NCBI GenBank assembly: GCA_951406725.2
Contig: OX597816.1
Coordinates: 58,280,001 to 58,344,000, forward strand
Direction of reading: 5' to 3'
DNA length: 64,000 nucleotides
Source of the DNA: Octopus vulgaris
Taxonomy: Eukaryota
Part shown: positions 13,035 to 24,443 of the stretch, one piece after another
Layout: the number at the start of each line of letters is the position of its first letter
Position numbering within the stretch: position 1 is the first letter of the stretch
Program-made: the position numbers and the translations under genes
Notes under the pieces: model-generated
What the model was told of the DNA's origin: nothing
Databases searched by the model: none
The model's input: only the letters and a program-made list of their open reading frames with translations

Positions 13035-13529
13035 TTACCATCATGCATAAAGCATAAGGAGGACATACCATGGAGAATGACCTAATCCGTCTTGAGAAAC
13101 CAATATTGCAGCATGGTCTGCGATATGTAGCTTTTAGCCGGGGAATAAGGAATGAAGATGTTAAAGTAGTCTTGAAGGATGGCAAGTTTACCAGAAATGA
13201 TGTCATAAAAAGTAATCTGCACGCTAAAGGGTTAAACCTCCAAGAGTTACAGTTGTCTTTCCTCTTTAATACGGAAAGCATTATCAAAATTCACAAATTA
13301 GATTACGCGCGCGCGCGCACACACACATACACACACCTTCATAATTACCAAGAATCTCATCAACAAACTGATAAACAAATCAGTACATTATTTATCAAGC
13401 AACGCCGGGTAACAACTCTCTAATATATATATATGTGTGTGTATATATATATATATATATACATATATGCGTGTGTATATATATATAGATTTGTGTATAT
13501 ACACACATATATATACATACATACACACA

Positions 13530-13643
<114 letters not shown>

Positions 13644-14293
13644 CACACACACATATACATATCCAAACGCACACTGCTATTATACTGGTTTGCTAAACTC
13701 CAAATGTCGTGTCCAATAGGCGTGCTTTTCTTTTCTTGCTTTTCTTTTTTTTTCTTCTTTTTTCTTTTTTTTTTTTTTACTTCGCTGCTATTTTTAATGA
13801 AAGAGATGTCATTGAAATCGTAGAGGGTGGAGAAAAAAAAAACAACACAACATGTAAAAACATATACATATAAACAGTGTATGGGTACATGGCGTACAGG
13901 GTACCTGATTAATGGGTTTAACCCCTTAATCTACAGCCACCTTCTTTCCACTGGGTGTAATCCCCTTCACGATCCTGTTATATAATATGGCGCCTTTCTC
14001 GATGCAACAAGTCAAATTGCATTCGCTGGCAGTGGGTATCTTGAAGTAAATTACATTAGGTGGCAGTTCCTTTCTGACCCCTACTTCATGTTTAACCCTA
14101 CCACCGCCATCAACGCCGCCACCGCCACCATCATAATTATTATCATCAATCTCTTTCTTTAATTGAAAAACAAAAGAGAAAAAAACAAAATTTATCATAA
14201 AACAATTCAAAAAGTATCAATGTAAATCGGACCCGCTACTGGGTTACCCGAAATGGCGGCCGTTGCATTCAATCGGTTTGTATCTGGATGTTT

Positions 14294-14355
<62 letters not shown>

Positions 14356-15679
14356 GCTGCTGCTCCTGCTCTCCATTTTGTGCAATTGTAATACGACAAC
14401 CATCATATAGTGTCGGTTTTTTTTCGCCAACAACGCTTTTAATGAGCTGTAATGTAAAAACTAATTCTGGTAGAGTTTGAACACCGATGTCTGGGGAACC
14501 GTACGGCAACTTCTCGTTACTCATGTAGTGTGTGGAAGATCTGTAAAGTACGAGGGTGGCAATGTACTATATCTTCAGTAGGGGTGGGGTTGCCCAATTT
14601 GGCTAGTATTGGACATAGGAAGGACATTATAGCAATGACAGACGAACTGGAGAGGAAAGCAGAAAAATACATCACCATGGACATGGCTCGGGTATGTGAC
14701 AGAAAATCCAAGACAGGGAGAGGACAAACCACGGAATGGCTGCGTTGGAATGGTTACGCTTGTATTTAGTTGGGCGTGGAGGGTGTATGCATGGCGGAGG
14801 AATGTAGCATCGGTACTATTTGGCTTCTCCGCAAGAAGCGGTTCTGTCGGAAGGTGTCGAAATCACTATGGTCTCCAGTCAGGAGCTGATGAAAAGGATG
14901 TCGCTATGAGCAAGTTTATGTAAAAATACATGAATCGCCTCCACCACCACCACCAGCAGTAGCACCAGCAACAACAAAAGCAACAGTTATTTTGTACTCT
15001 TTAGCAAATATTTTTTTATAATCGATGCCAATCAAGCGAACAGAGGGCTCCCCTTGGTTGGTTATTCATACTCTTATTACCTACAGCAGCAGCAGCAGCA
15101 GAACTCCTCAACCTACATAAATGAACTGTGTTCAAGTAAAGTACGGTTAGAAGTTACGGCGGTGGTGGTGGTGAGAGTTGGGATTAACTTGGTAGTGGCG
15201 GTGGAGCTGGTGGGAACGGATAGTGTATGCAGTATTACTACGATATATTATCATTATCATTAGAAAACATAACGATGAAGAAACGATTAGTAGCAGCAGC
15301 GGTAGTGGTGGTGACGGTGGATTTTATAAGGAGTCAACCATGCATTTATTTAAGACATCAACAGACATTAAATAAAAGAAAGCGTAGCTGCATTCAATAA
15401 ACTCGGGTTTGTAGTTTAACGGTCTCCAATAATGGCGTATTTATAACGTTTAATTTATTCCAAACTCGACAACGAAATATCACACACACGACAAACTGCT
15501 TCTGTGTCGCCTTTTTTTTTTTTTTATATCTCCTTATATATGTTCACAAAAGCACGGTTGTATGGTTAAGAAGCTCGCTTTTCAGGTTCAGTCCCGCTAT
15601 GTGGCACCTTGGACAAGTTTCTTCTATTATAGACCCGGGATGACAGCGATTTGTGAATCACCATTTGTTAGAATTAAAT

Positions 15680-16320
15680 TGCACGGAAGCCTACCGTTAA
15701 TGATTTTTTTAAGGACGGCATAAGGACTACTTTGAAATCACTTGGAATGGATCCAGAAGACATAGAAACCCTTGCTTCGGATCGAGTTGGATGGCGAACA
15801 AAAGTGTGGAGTGGAGTGAAAGCATTTGAAGCGGCCATGATAACGCATGCAAGACTCAAAAGAGATCTAAGGAAGAATGTTACGATCGAGAAGGTGAATG
15901 ACAATGATCTTTTTCGTGTGCACAGTTAGTGGGAGACCACGCCTTTCCTTTGCTGGGCTCAAATTTCATTTGCGAACCCATGGAAAACGAACCTCCACTA
16001 ACTATTCTGCCTATATGACTGTGCACACCTTTGAATTTAGTGTATGCCGGAAGGTTTGCAAATCTAACGGAGCCCTCATTGAATTTAGTGTATGCCGGAA
16101 GGTTTGCAAATCTAACGGAGGCCTCAAAAGACTTTCTAAGATCCACAAAGATCAGAACTTATCTGCATCTCCTGGTGGTCCAAATTGGATGTGCAATCTA
16201 TGTGGGCGTCTTTTCAGAATATTGTCTGATTTAAAAAGCCACATTAGAATGACATGCCATGATGGTGTTAAGGTGTAGACACAGTAGGTGGTCAAACTCT
16301 GCATAAGGAGTAGACAACCA

Positions 16321-16323
<3 letters not shown>
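15680..16323 (+). mobile_element. RTE-clade LINE 3' end with C-terminal C2H2 zinc fingers
   Basis: FKDGIRTTLKSLGMDPEDIETLASDRVGWR, then zinc-finger-like CTVSGR..AGLKFHLRTH, CRKVCKSNGGLKR..KIH and CNLCGRLF..LKSHIR. One frameshift near 15910; ends in (TA)n. Confidence 0.85.
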
Positions 16324-16359
<36 letters not shown>

Positions 16360-17285
16360 TATATGCATATATATGTGTGTGTATGTATATATATATATAT
16401 TTGTGTGTCTGTGTTTATCCCCCTACCATCACTTGACAACCGATGTTGATGTGTTTACGTCTTCGGAGCCTAGCAGTTCGGCAGAGAGGCCAATAAAATA
16501 AGTACTAGGTTTATAAAGAACAAGTACTGGGGTCGATTTGTTCGAGGAAAAGGCGGTGCTTCAGCATAGCTGCAGCCAGACAACTGAAACAAGTGAAAGA
16601 ATAAAAGATTACACACACACACACATGATATAACAGGCTTCTTTCAGTTTCCGTTTATGAAATCCACTCTTTGATCGGCTCAAGGCTATTGTAGAAGACA
16701 CTTGCCCAAGGTGTCACACAGTGGGACTGAACCCGGAACCATGTGGTTGGGAGGCAAGTTTCTAACTACACAGCCACGCCTGACCAAGAAATCAAATAAA
16801 TTACTCTAATATAGAAATCAGGATATTTTCTATAAAACCATCAAAAGAAATATAATTTCTTCCACAGCCCCTACCCCGATCAAAATTCTTTCCTGAGGAC
16901 CAGATATTGTTTCCCCGAGGGGCCAAGAACTTCACGCCCGAGTAACACCGAACCGACTCATAAACACTGTCACCTTTTCTCCATTTATTACCCAGTGTCA
17001 CGTGAAAGTGTAGTTTTCACTACATTTCTCACACACACACACTTCACACCATTCAGCAAAGTTCATTCGTTTATTAAACATTTTTTCATTCAAAATTCTT
17101 GATTCATGAACAAAGTATAAGTATTTTCTATTCACAAGTCTACAACAGCTGCGGTCTGCGTATTCGCTATACATACATACATACATACATACATACACAT
17201 CTATTATACACATCTATTATACACTTCGTGTATATAGATGTATACACATACATATATATATGTACTATTTATTATGGTCATATAA

Positions 17286-17364
<79 letters not shown>

Positions 17365-17366
<2 letters not shown>

Positions 17367-17526
17367 CGCAGGAGTGGCTGTGTGGTAAGTAGCTTGCTAA
17401 CCAACCACATGGTTCCGGGTTCAGTCCCACTGCGTGGCATCTTGGGCAAGTGTCTTCCGCTATAGCCCCGGGCCGACCAATGCCTTGTGAGTGGATTTGG
17501 TAGACGGAAACTGAAAGAAGCCTGTC

Positions 17527-17562
<36 letters not shown>

Positions 17563-17786
17563 ATATGTTTGTGCGTCTGTGTTTGTCCCCCTAGCATTGC
17601 TTGACAACCGATGCTGGTGTGTTTATGTCCCCGTTACTTAGTGGTTCGGCAAAAAGAGACCGATAGAATAAGTACTGGGGCTTACAAAGAATAAGTCCCA
17701 GGGTCGATTTGCTCGACTAAAGGCGGTGCTCCAGCATGGCCACAGTCAAATGACTGAAACAAGTAAAAGAGTAAAAGAGTAAAGAG
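17365..17786 (+). mobile_element. tRNA-derived SINE family A (CORE-like motif, internal TA/TG microsatellite), full length
   Basis: GGCGCAGGAGTGGCTGTGTGGTAAG (A box), GGTTCAGTCCC (B box), GTGGCATCTTGGGCAAGTGTCTT (CORE-like), internal (TA)n, and tail GGCGGTGCTCCAGCATGGCC...CTGAAACAAG(TAAAAGAG)n. Confidence 0.9.
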
Positions 17787-17884
17787 ATATATATACACAC
17801 ACATACATATACACATAAACACCGCCCACACAATATGCATACATACTTGAATACGTGCGTACATATGCCTGTGTTATTAAGTTG

Positions 17885-18170
17885 TGTGGCTTAGAGGTTA
17901 GCGCATTCGGCTCACAATCGTCAGGTCGTGAGTTCGATTCCCGTTGGTGCGTTGTGTCCTTGAGCAAGACACTTCACATCACCTTGCTCCAGCCCACTCA
18001 GCTGGTAAAAAACGAAAGGGCCATCCATGTCACATTCTGTGTCACGCTGAGAACTACCTTAAGGGTACTTGCATCTGTGGAATACTCAGCCGTTTACACG
18101 TTTATTTCCACGAGTTGGCTGTTCCGTTGATCGGATCAAATGGAACCCTCGTCGTCGTAATAGACGTAGG
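17885..18170 (+). mobile_element. tRNA-derived SINE family C
   Basis: GTGGCTTAGAGGTTAG (A box), GAGTTCGATTCCC (B box), GTGTCCTTGAGCAAGACACTT, and 3' GTTCCGTTGATCGGATCAA..GGAACCCTCGTCGTCG. Relatives at 22080-22470 (-), 32250-32460 (-), 41860-42120 (+) and 43715-44022 (-). Confidence 0.8.
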
Positions 18171-18725
18171 GCCAGTTGTGTGTGTGCATGTGAAAGTGTC
18201 GGTGTTTGTATCTCTAATAGTGTGTGAACTTGTACATAATTGTTTGTGCATGAGTATGTGTATACACTTTGCTAGTTTCAGACATGGGCCGGCGGCCATG
18301 CTGGAGCAGAGCTTTCTAGAGTTTAAAGAAAAAATCATACCAACCCCATTATTTACGTAATTCTTCGCATCATGTATTTATCGAATGATCAAATAACCTT
18401 TTCGACGCGCGCACACGCACACACACACTTGATGGAATTTCCCAACATAAGTTCTCTCTATAAAGTTCTACTCTCAATGCATCAGTCATCATACGGCTAC
18501 AGGAGACGTCATTTGCCAAAGGTATTCGGGTGTAGGACAAAATCTTGAATCACGTGATTGCGAAGTGATCACGTGATTGCTTAAGCATAAGCTGAACAGA
18601 AAAAACAATGTATTCATCATGTGTTATTTTCTTAACAATATCTTTGACAAATCTCAGCCTTTAAACAACATCAAGTCATTCTTAGAAGACTTAGCACACT
18701 CATTCCGCAGAGCTGGGCCAACAGA

Positions 18726-18772
<47 letters not shown>

Positions 18773-21101
18773 TCTTTATTCACCATAAGGTTGAGAAAAA
18801 GAGGGGACAATACGGGGACAGACAAAACAAACGTTGGGGTCAGGGTATCGAATGAGACGAAACGTATGAATAAGGTTGTTGCGCTTACTGCATCGACTCC
18901 TTTTAAGCCATCTTCAGGTAAGGCAGCGTTTCTCAATCAAGGTCACTATAAGATTTTGCATCCATCCAAACAAAAAAGAAATCAAAGAGGTTCACAGGCA
19001 AAACAGGGCTGAGGAACCAGTGTGAACTTTGACACGGTTGCCCGTGGAGATTTATCCTCATTTTAACGTCCGTTTTCTCAGTCCAACATAGGTCACATAA
19101 ATATATTTCTGAAGCATTTTTTTTACTTCGAAGGTGAGAAGCGATCGGATGATTTTTGTTAGTAGGAGATGCGATAATTGAGTTACATTCGATGAAGATG
19201 CGTATAGAAGGAATTCATTTCCGACTGCATAAATTTGACTGCAAAAATGTGGAACAAATTGATGAGGGGGGGGGGCGTAGTCCCTCAATCTTGTTGGATT
19301 AATAAAGGCAGAAAGTGAAGAATCCAGATTTCTTGTAGGGTTTTCATGGAGAGACTTATTGCAGTGGTTCTCCATGTCTAGAAAAGGTCTTAAATATTTG
19401 CAAGCGATCAAAATATGTGTTTATAGTTCTCCCACTATAAACTTAGAAACAGAAGTGGATTTGGTTGCTGAATGCCAAGAGTGACAAGACCGAGCATAAG
19501 TGATAGTAATAAGGTATGAAAGACCGAAATATCTGATAATTATTTCTTAATTGTAAATCGTATAGAGGGTTTGTTGAGTATCAATAAGTTCGTTAAGTGA
19601 GGGGAGTAGATATGAAAAGATTTTCCCTCACGCAAAATCCACAGCAGCATGTTTTTCAAGGGTATATATACATTAAGCACGGCACAGAAATGGTTATTTC
19701 ATCTTCTTATTGTTCTTACTCTAAAGTATATCAGCCTCTTTATGCCAGCAACATTGAACTAATTTTTCTGTTCTAAATCTAGGTTTCTTTAAATATCTCA
19801 CAATGCCATTTCTTTTGTTTGTGCGAGGGTGAAGCTTGTGAAGTTGCAGGCCACCTCCTCTATCACATTGCTAATTTTCTCCCCTACCCGATCTTTGTCT
19901 CTGTGTCTCGCTTCTCGAGACAACGTCTTTTATCTGTATCATCAATGGTGTTTAAAAATAAAGAACTACGTCTCTTAAAGGAAACGGCAGTTCAGGCGAA
20001 CTAACAGACTCTGATCTATGGAATATCATCCTCAGATCAGTTCAAATTACTACCAACTTACCATTTTAGTCAAACCAACTGACACAAAGAATTATTTATT
20101 GTTGAAACTCGATCCTAAAACCTGTTTATCAAGAGTTCCCATGATGCAATAGTTCTTTGACAAGATCAGAACAATAGTCATAACATTTCTACGATACCAA
20201 CTGACTTCTGCAGTAGCCCCAGGGGAAAGAGAAAGAGTATGTGAGAAAGAGATTGAAATAGATAGATAGATAGTCAGATATAGAGGGAGAGAGAGTGTGA
20301 GACTGGAATGAGAAACAATGAACCACTCTTCCATGATATGATGCTACCGCTGCCTGCAGCAGTGACTCGTATACATACATTGTCTCTATTTAATAAAGGT
20401 ACATAGAATGAAAGCAAGTAGAGTTGGTTTTTGCCAGTGAAGCAGCATCCTTCATTCTGTACCGACTATCGACTACTCATACAGGAGCGAGCGGCTTTTC
20501 CAGCTGGGCTGAGTAGTTGTCGTTGCTAAACCCAGATTAGCTCTGACTTAGCAGATCTTATAACCAAAGGTGTTTACTAGAAGGACAGTAAGATATTCCA
20601 AATCGTGCCGTTTATGAAAAACCTAAACGAAGCAAAACGAACACAACAAACAAACAAAAAAAAAAAAACCCACCAGAAAACAACAAACAACAGAGGCGAA
20701 AACACGATGGCGTTTGATTTGGCGGCTGCTTTTCAGTAAGTGAAGCCCTCTAGTTGGCTCAAAGGAATTTTTCCCTCATCCTCTGTCCATTAGGACGGCA
20801 TGCGTTGGCCTGTTCCGTAGGATCCAATGGATCGGCCGGCCACACCTTATTCTAGTGTGTCTGTATGGCTTCTACGGTTGGATGCCCTTCCTAATACTAA
20901 TTTCCAAACAGGACAGAGAGCATTGTTTTGTGGCACCAGTACTACAGAATTTGCCTTGCGTCGGGCAAGATTAAAGAGTCTTTCTGAGTCCGACTCAAAT
21001 CTATATCTACTCCTAACAGCTTCATCATAAAATTTTGTTTATAAGTGACATGAAAACGGTGACGTTTTCATGTCAAGATTGAATGTTTATTTATTATGAA
21101 A

Positions 21102-21300
21102 TCATCATCATCATTTAACGTCCGTTGTTCATGCTGGCATGGGTTGGACAGTTTGACTGGGTTGGCACGCTGGAAGGCTGCGCCAAACTCCAGTCTGATT
21201 TGGCATGATTTTTTACGGCTCGATGCCCTTCCTAATGCCAACCACTCCGAGAGTGTAATGGGTGCTCTTACGTGCCACACTGGCACTGGTGCCATTTGCG
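21102..21300 (-). mobile_element. Retroposon 3' end with (GAT)n tail (RTE-type tail)
   Basis: Minus strand reads ...GGAAGGGCATCGAGCCGTAAAA...CCATGCCAGCATGAACAACGGACGTTAAA(TGA)n. Relatives at 30145-30250, 34430-34605, 36138-36315 and 38110-38170. Confidence 0.7.
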
Positions 21301-21464
21301 TAACACCGGTATCTGTCACGACTGCGATTTTGCTTGGCGTGATGGGTCTTCTTCTCAAGCTTTACATAATGCCAAAGGTCTTGGTTATTGGCTCCATGAG
21401 GCCCAACACTTGAGAGGAACTCAGCCACTTTACCTTCGTCAGGCCCAATGCTATTCTGTTATTT

Positions 21465-21795
21465 TTGACTTGTTCCAGTCTGTAGACTGAGGCCATGCCG
21501 AGGCACCGCCCTGAAGAAATCCTAGTCAAATAAATCGAACCCAGTAATTTTCTTTTAAGGTCTAGTATCTATTCTATCGATCTCTTCGGCTGAACTGCCA
21601 AATCACGGGGCCGCAAACAAACCAACATCGGTCGTCAAGCAGTGGTGGGGAGACAAACACACATGATAGGCTTCTTTCCGTTTCCGTCAACCAAATCCAC
21701 TGACAAGGCTTCGATCAACCCTTGGCTATAGTGGAAGATACTTGCCCAAGGCGCCTCGCAGTGGTTGGGAAGCAAACATCTTACCCTACAGCCAC
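21465..21795 (-). mobile_element. SINE A, diverged
   Basis: Reverse-complement match; part of it is duplicated in inverted orientation at 22181-22304. Confidence 0.8.
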
Positions 21796-22673
21796 TAGTC
21801 TCTATAACATTGTATTTTTGACAAGAAACTGGAACAACGATAACGACAGTGAAACCCCAGGTAATTCAATCTTCACAAAACACTTCACTCTACTTTCAGT
21901 TTAGAGTCACGCCCTCAGTAAATGCTCAGCCGTGACCCTTAAAAGTGCTTTGTATAATCACATTATGTTCAAACATATTCAGCGCAGCATTATTATCAGT
22001 TTGAAGTTCTACTCCAGAGTATTCATGAAAAAGAACTCAAAGGATTGTAATATAATGGTACCCGTCAGTAACAACGATGATTTCTCCAATTGATCCGATC
22101 ACTGAAACTGGTTGCTCGTGAAATTAATGTGTAAGCGACAGGCATGAGCACCCTTAAAGTGGTTCTCGGACAAGTGGCCTCCCCGTGATTTGGCAGTTCA
22201 GCCGAAGAGATCGATTGAATAGATACTAGACCTTAAAAGAAAATTACTGGGTTCGATTTATTTGACTAGGATTTCTTCAGGGCGGTGCCTCGGCATGGCC
22301 TCAGAATGGGACAAGGCTGGCCTTTTGGGTTACAGGTACAATTCACTTTTGCTGGCCGAGTAGACAAGAGCAACGTGAAATAAATTGTCTTGCTCAAGGA
22401 CACCACGCGCCGCCGAGAATCGAACTTACGCCCTTGAGTCGAACACCCTAACCACTAATCCACGCGCATTCTGGAAAGTACCATATAGTGGATGAGAAGA
22501 TAAAATGAAGGAATGCAACGGTGTTCATCCATTTCTAGCTTTATAAATAAAACAGATTTAATTAATCATGTTAATTAGTCTACTCGTGGTTCAGTAGGAA
22601 TATATCGTCTCTGAACCAATTAGAGAAGAGTGAATATTCCAAGACATTCTTTTACCATTGTTCTTAAGCTTAA

Positions 22674-22892
22674 CCCTTTAACATTTAAACCGGTCATATC
22701 CGGCCCAAATATTCAACCTGTTTCATGTCCAAACTGGTCCCAACCTCTCAGACTTTCCCTGCAATGTCATTCTAAAAAAACAACAATCATAACTTTGAAA
22801 TAGCAAAGCAACAAGATAATACAGGATTAAATTTTAAAAAATGTGAATAAACAGGTTATTACATTTGACAAAGTAATCTGAGTGCTAAGAGG
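22674..22892. mobile_element. piggyBac-type MITE
   Basis: TTAA at 22670-22673 and 22893-22896 with ends CCCTTTAACATT / GAGTGCTAAGAGG. A lone right end of the same family lies at ~13200-13235. Confidence 0.7.
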
Positions 22893-23125
22893 TTAATCCC
22901 CGTGATTCCAACTGAATAAAATGAATAAGTGGTTTTCCACGACTGACTAACCTTAAAGTTCGCCTAAAACCGAGTCGGTTTTATGAACTCGCTGAAAATA
23001 TTCTGTTTAAAATATCGGAAAGACTCAACAGACGAGGTCGAAGGGTGGATGGGGTGAAGAAGCAATTATAACAGACTTCTGCGCAGGTATTAAGTTTAAA
23101 AAGTTATACAATTTGCATTGCTAAA

Positions 23126-23525
23126 GGCGCAGGTGTAGCTGTGTGGTAACAACGTTACTTACCAAGCACATAGCTTCTGGTTCAGTCCCACCACGTGGCA
23201 CCTTAAGCAAGTGTCTTCCGCAATAGCCTTGGGCCGACCAAAGCCTTGTGAGTGGATATGGTAGACGGAAACTGAAAGAAGCCCATCGTATATATATATA
23301 TATATTATACACATACACACACACACACACGTGTGTGTGTGTTGCTGTTTGACCCCCACCACCGTTTAGGTGTGTTTAGGTCCCGTAACTTAGCGGTTCG
23401 GCAGAAGAGACAGATAAAATAAGCACCAGGCTAAAGAAATACTGGAGTCGATTCATTTGACTAAAAATTCTTCAAGGCGGTGCCCCAGCATGGCCGCAGT
23501 CTATTTTCTGAAAGGAGTAAAAAGA
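23126..23525 (+). mobile_element. SINE A
   Basis: Same head/CORE/microsatellite/tail architecture. Confidence 0.85.
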
Positions 23526-23829
23526 AAAAAAGGCCAAACGAGGCGGAAGTGCATTTGGCGTTCTCACTAGCTGATGCTGGGACGATTTTCATCTCCCTCC
23601 AGTATATATTTTGTTTTTAGACTCAGCCCGTTTATAAGAGATATCTCCGGAAAAATATTGCAGTAAATTTGCCTTTCAATGACGCATTTACATTAAGTAT
23701 GATATATAGATAGCTATTCTAGTCTAACACTGTTTCTGTTGAATGTAAAGGATAAATGGAAGGGAGAGCAATAAGAGTGGATAACCCAAAATTGAGGACC
23801 TGGCCAGAGAGACGAAGAGATTGTGGAAG

Positions 23830-24443
23830 ACAAAGGGAACAAATGTTCCCGTTGTAATTGAAGCAGTTGATACAATGCCCAAACTGTTCCGATGAAGTTG
23901 AAAGATACCGGAATTGAAACTCTCATTGTCGACCTGCGGAGAATTGTCATCCTGTATTCTGAAAAAATTCCAAGAAAGACTCTTGTGATTAGAGAAGACT
24001 TATTGTTACCAAAACATCAGGATAAGTTCTCCAGTTGTTTGACCGTTACCAGTTGAGCATGTCCCTTTGTGGCTGACGACATGCGCATCTCTGATCACAA
24101 GCAGAAGTAGTGAGGGAGCATCATAGCCATGTGTTGAGAGGGATTCTTTCGGGTTTGGATAATTCATCTCTGAAAACCTGGGTGTTTCGTTCAACATCCT
24201 TGAACAACCCTTATTCAGAGAGCATTTGAGCGGGATGGGCTACTCAACCTGAAGAAAATTCTGACTGGACCCCACCTGCAAAGTCATGCGCTGTTTATCT
24301 TGATATGAGATCACCATGTCGCGCACATACGGTTGTGATGCATGTGCCTGGTGTACCCTTATCAGACGGGTAGTCATAATGGGAATACTGGGATTCGTAT
24401 ATTTTACCCCAGTACTACTTTGATGGCATGCACTGCTCTCTCA
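23830..24443 (+). mobile_element. R4/Dong-like ORF tail followed by a 5'-truncated copy of the (TAA)n-associated element
   Basis: DLRRIVILYSEKIPRKTLVIR (~23930-23993) resembles the RLE C-terminal helix. 24026-24443 matches the 3' ~420 bp of 8594-9149 and is followed by (AACAAG)n(AAT)n. Confidence 0.6.

Noticed and set aside
13926-14210. 94-aa minus-strand ORF as CYP exon 2
   Set aside because: No CYP similarity, ends in a stop, and the acceptor is weak.
17365-17440. SINE heads as tRNA genes
   Set aside because: A/B boxes are present but there is no complete cloverleaf, and each continues into a SINE body.
19030-20100. Possible decayed hAT transposase
   Set aside because: Only faint motif resemblance; cannot be supported without an HMM search.
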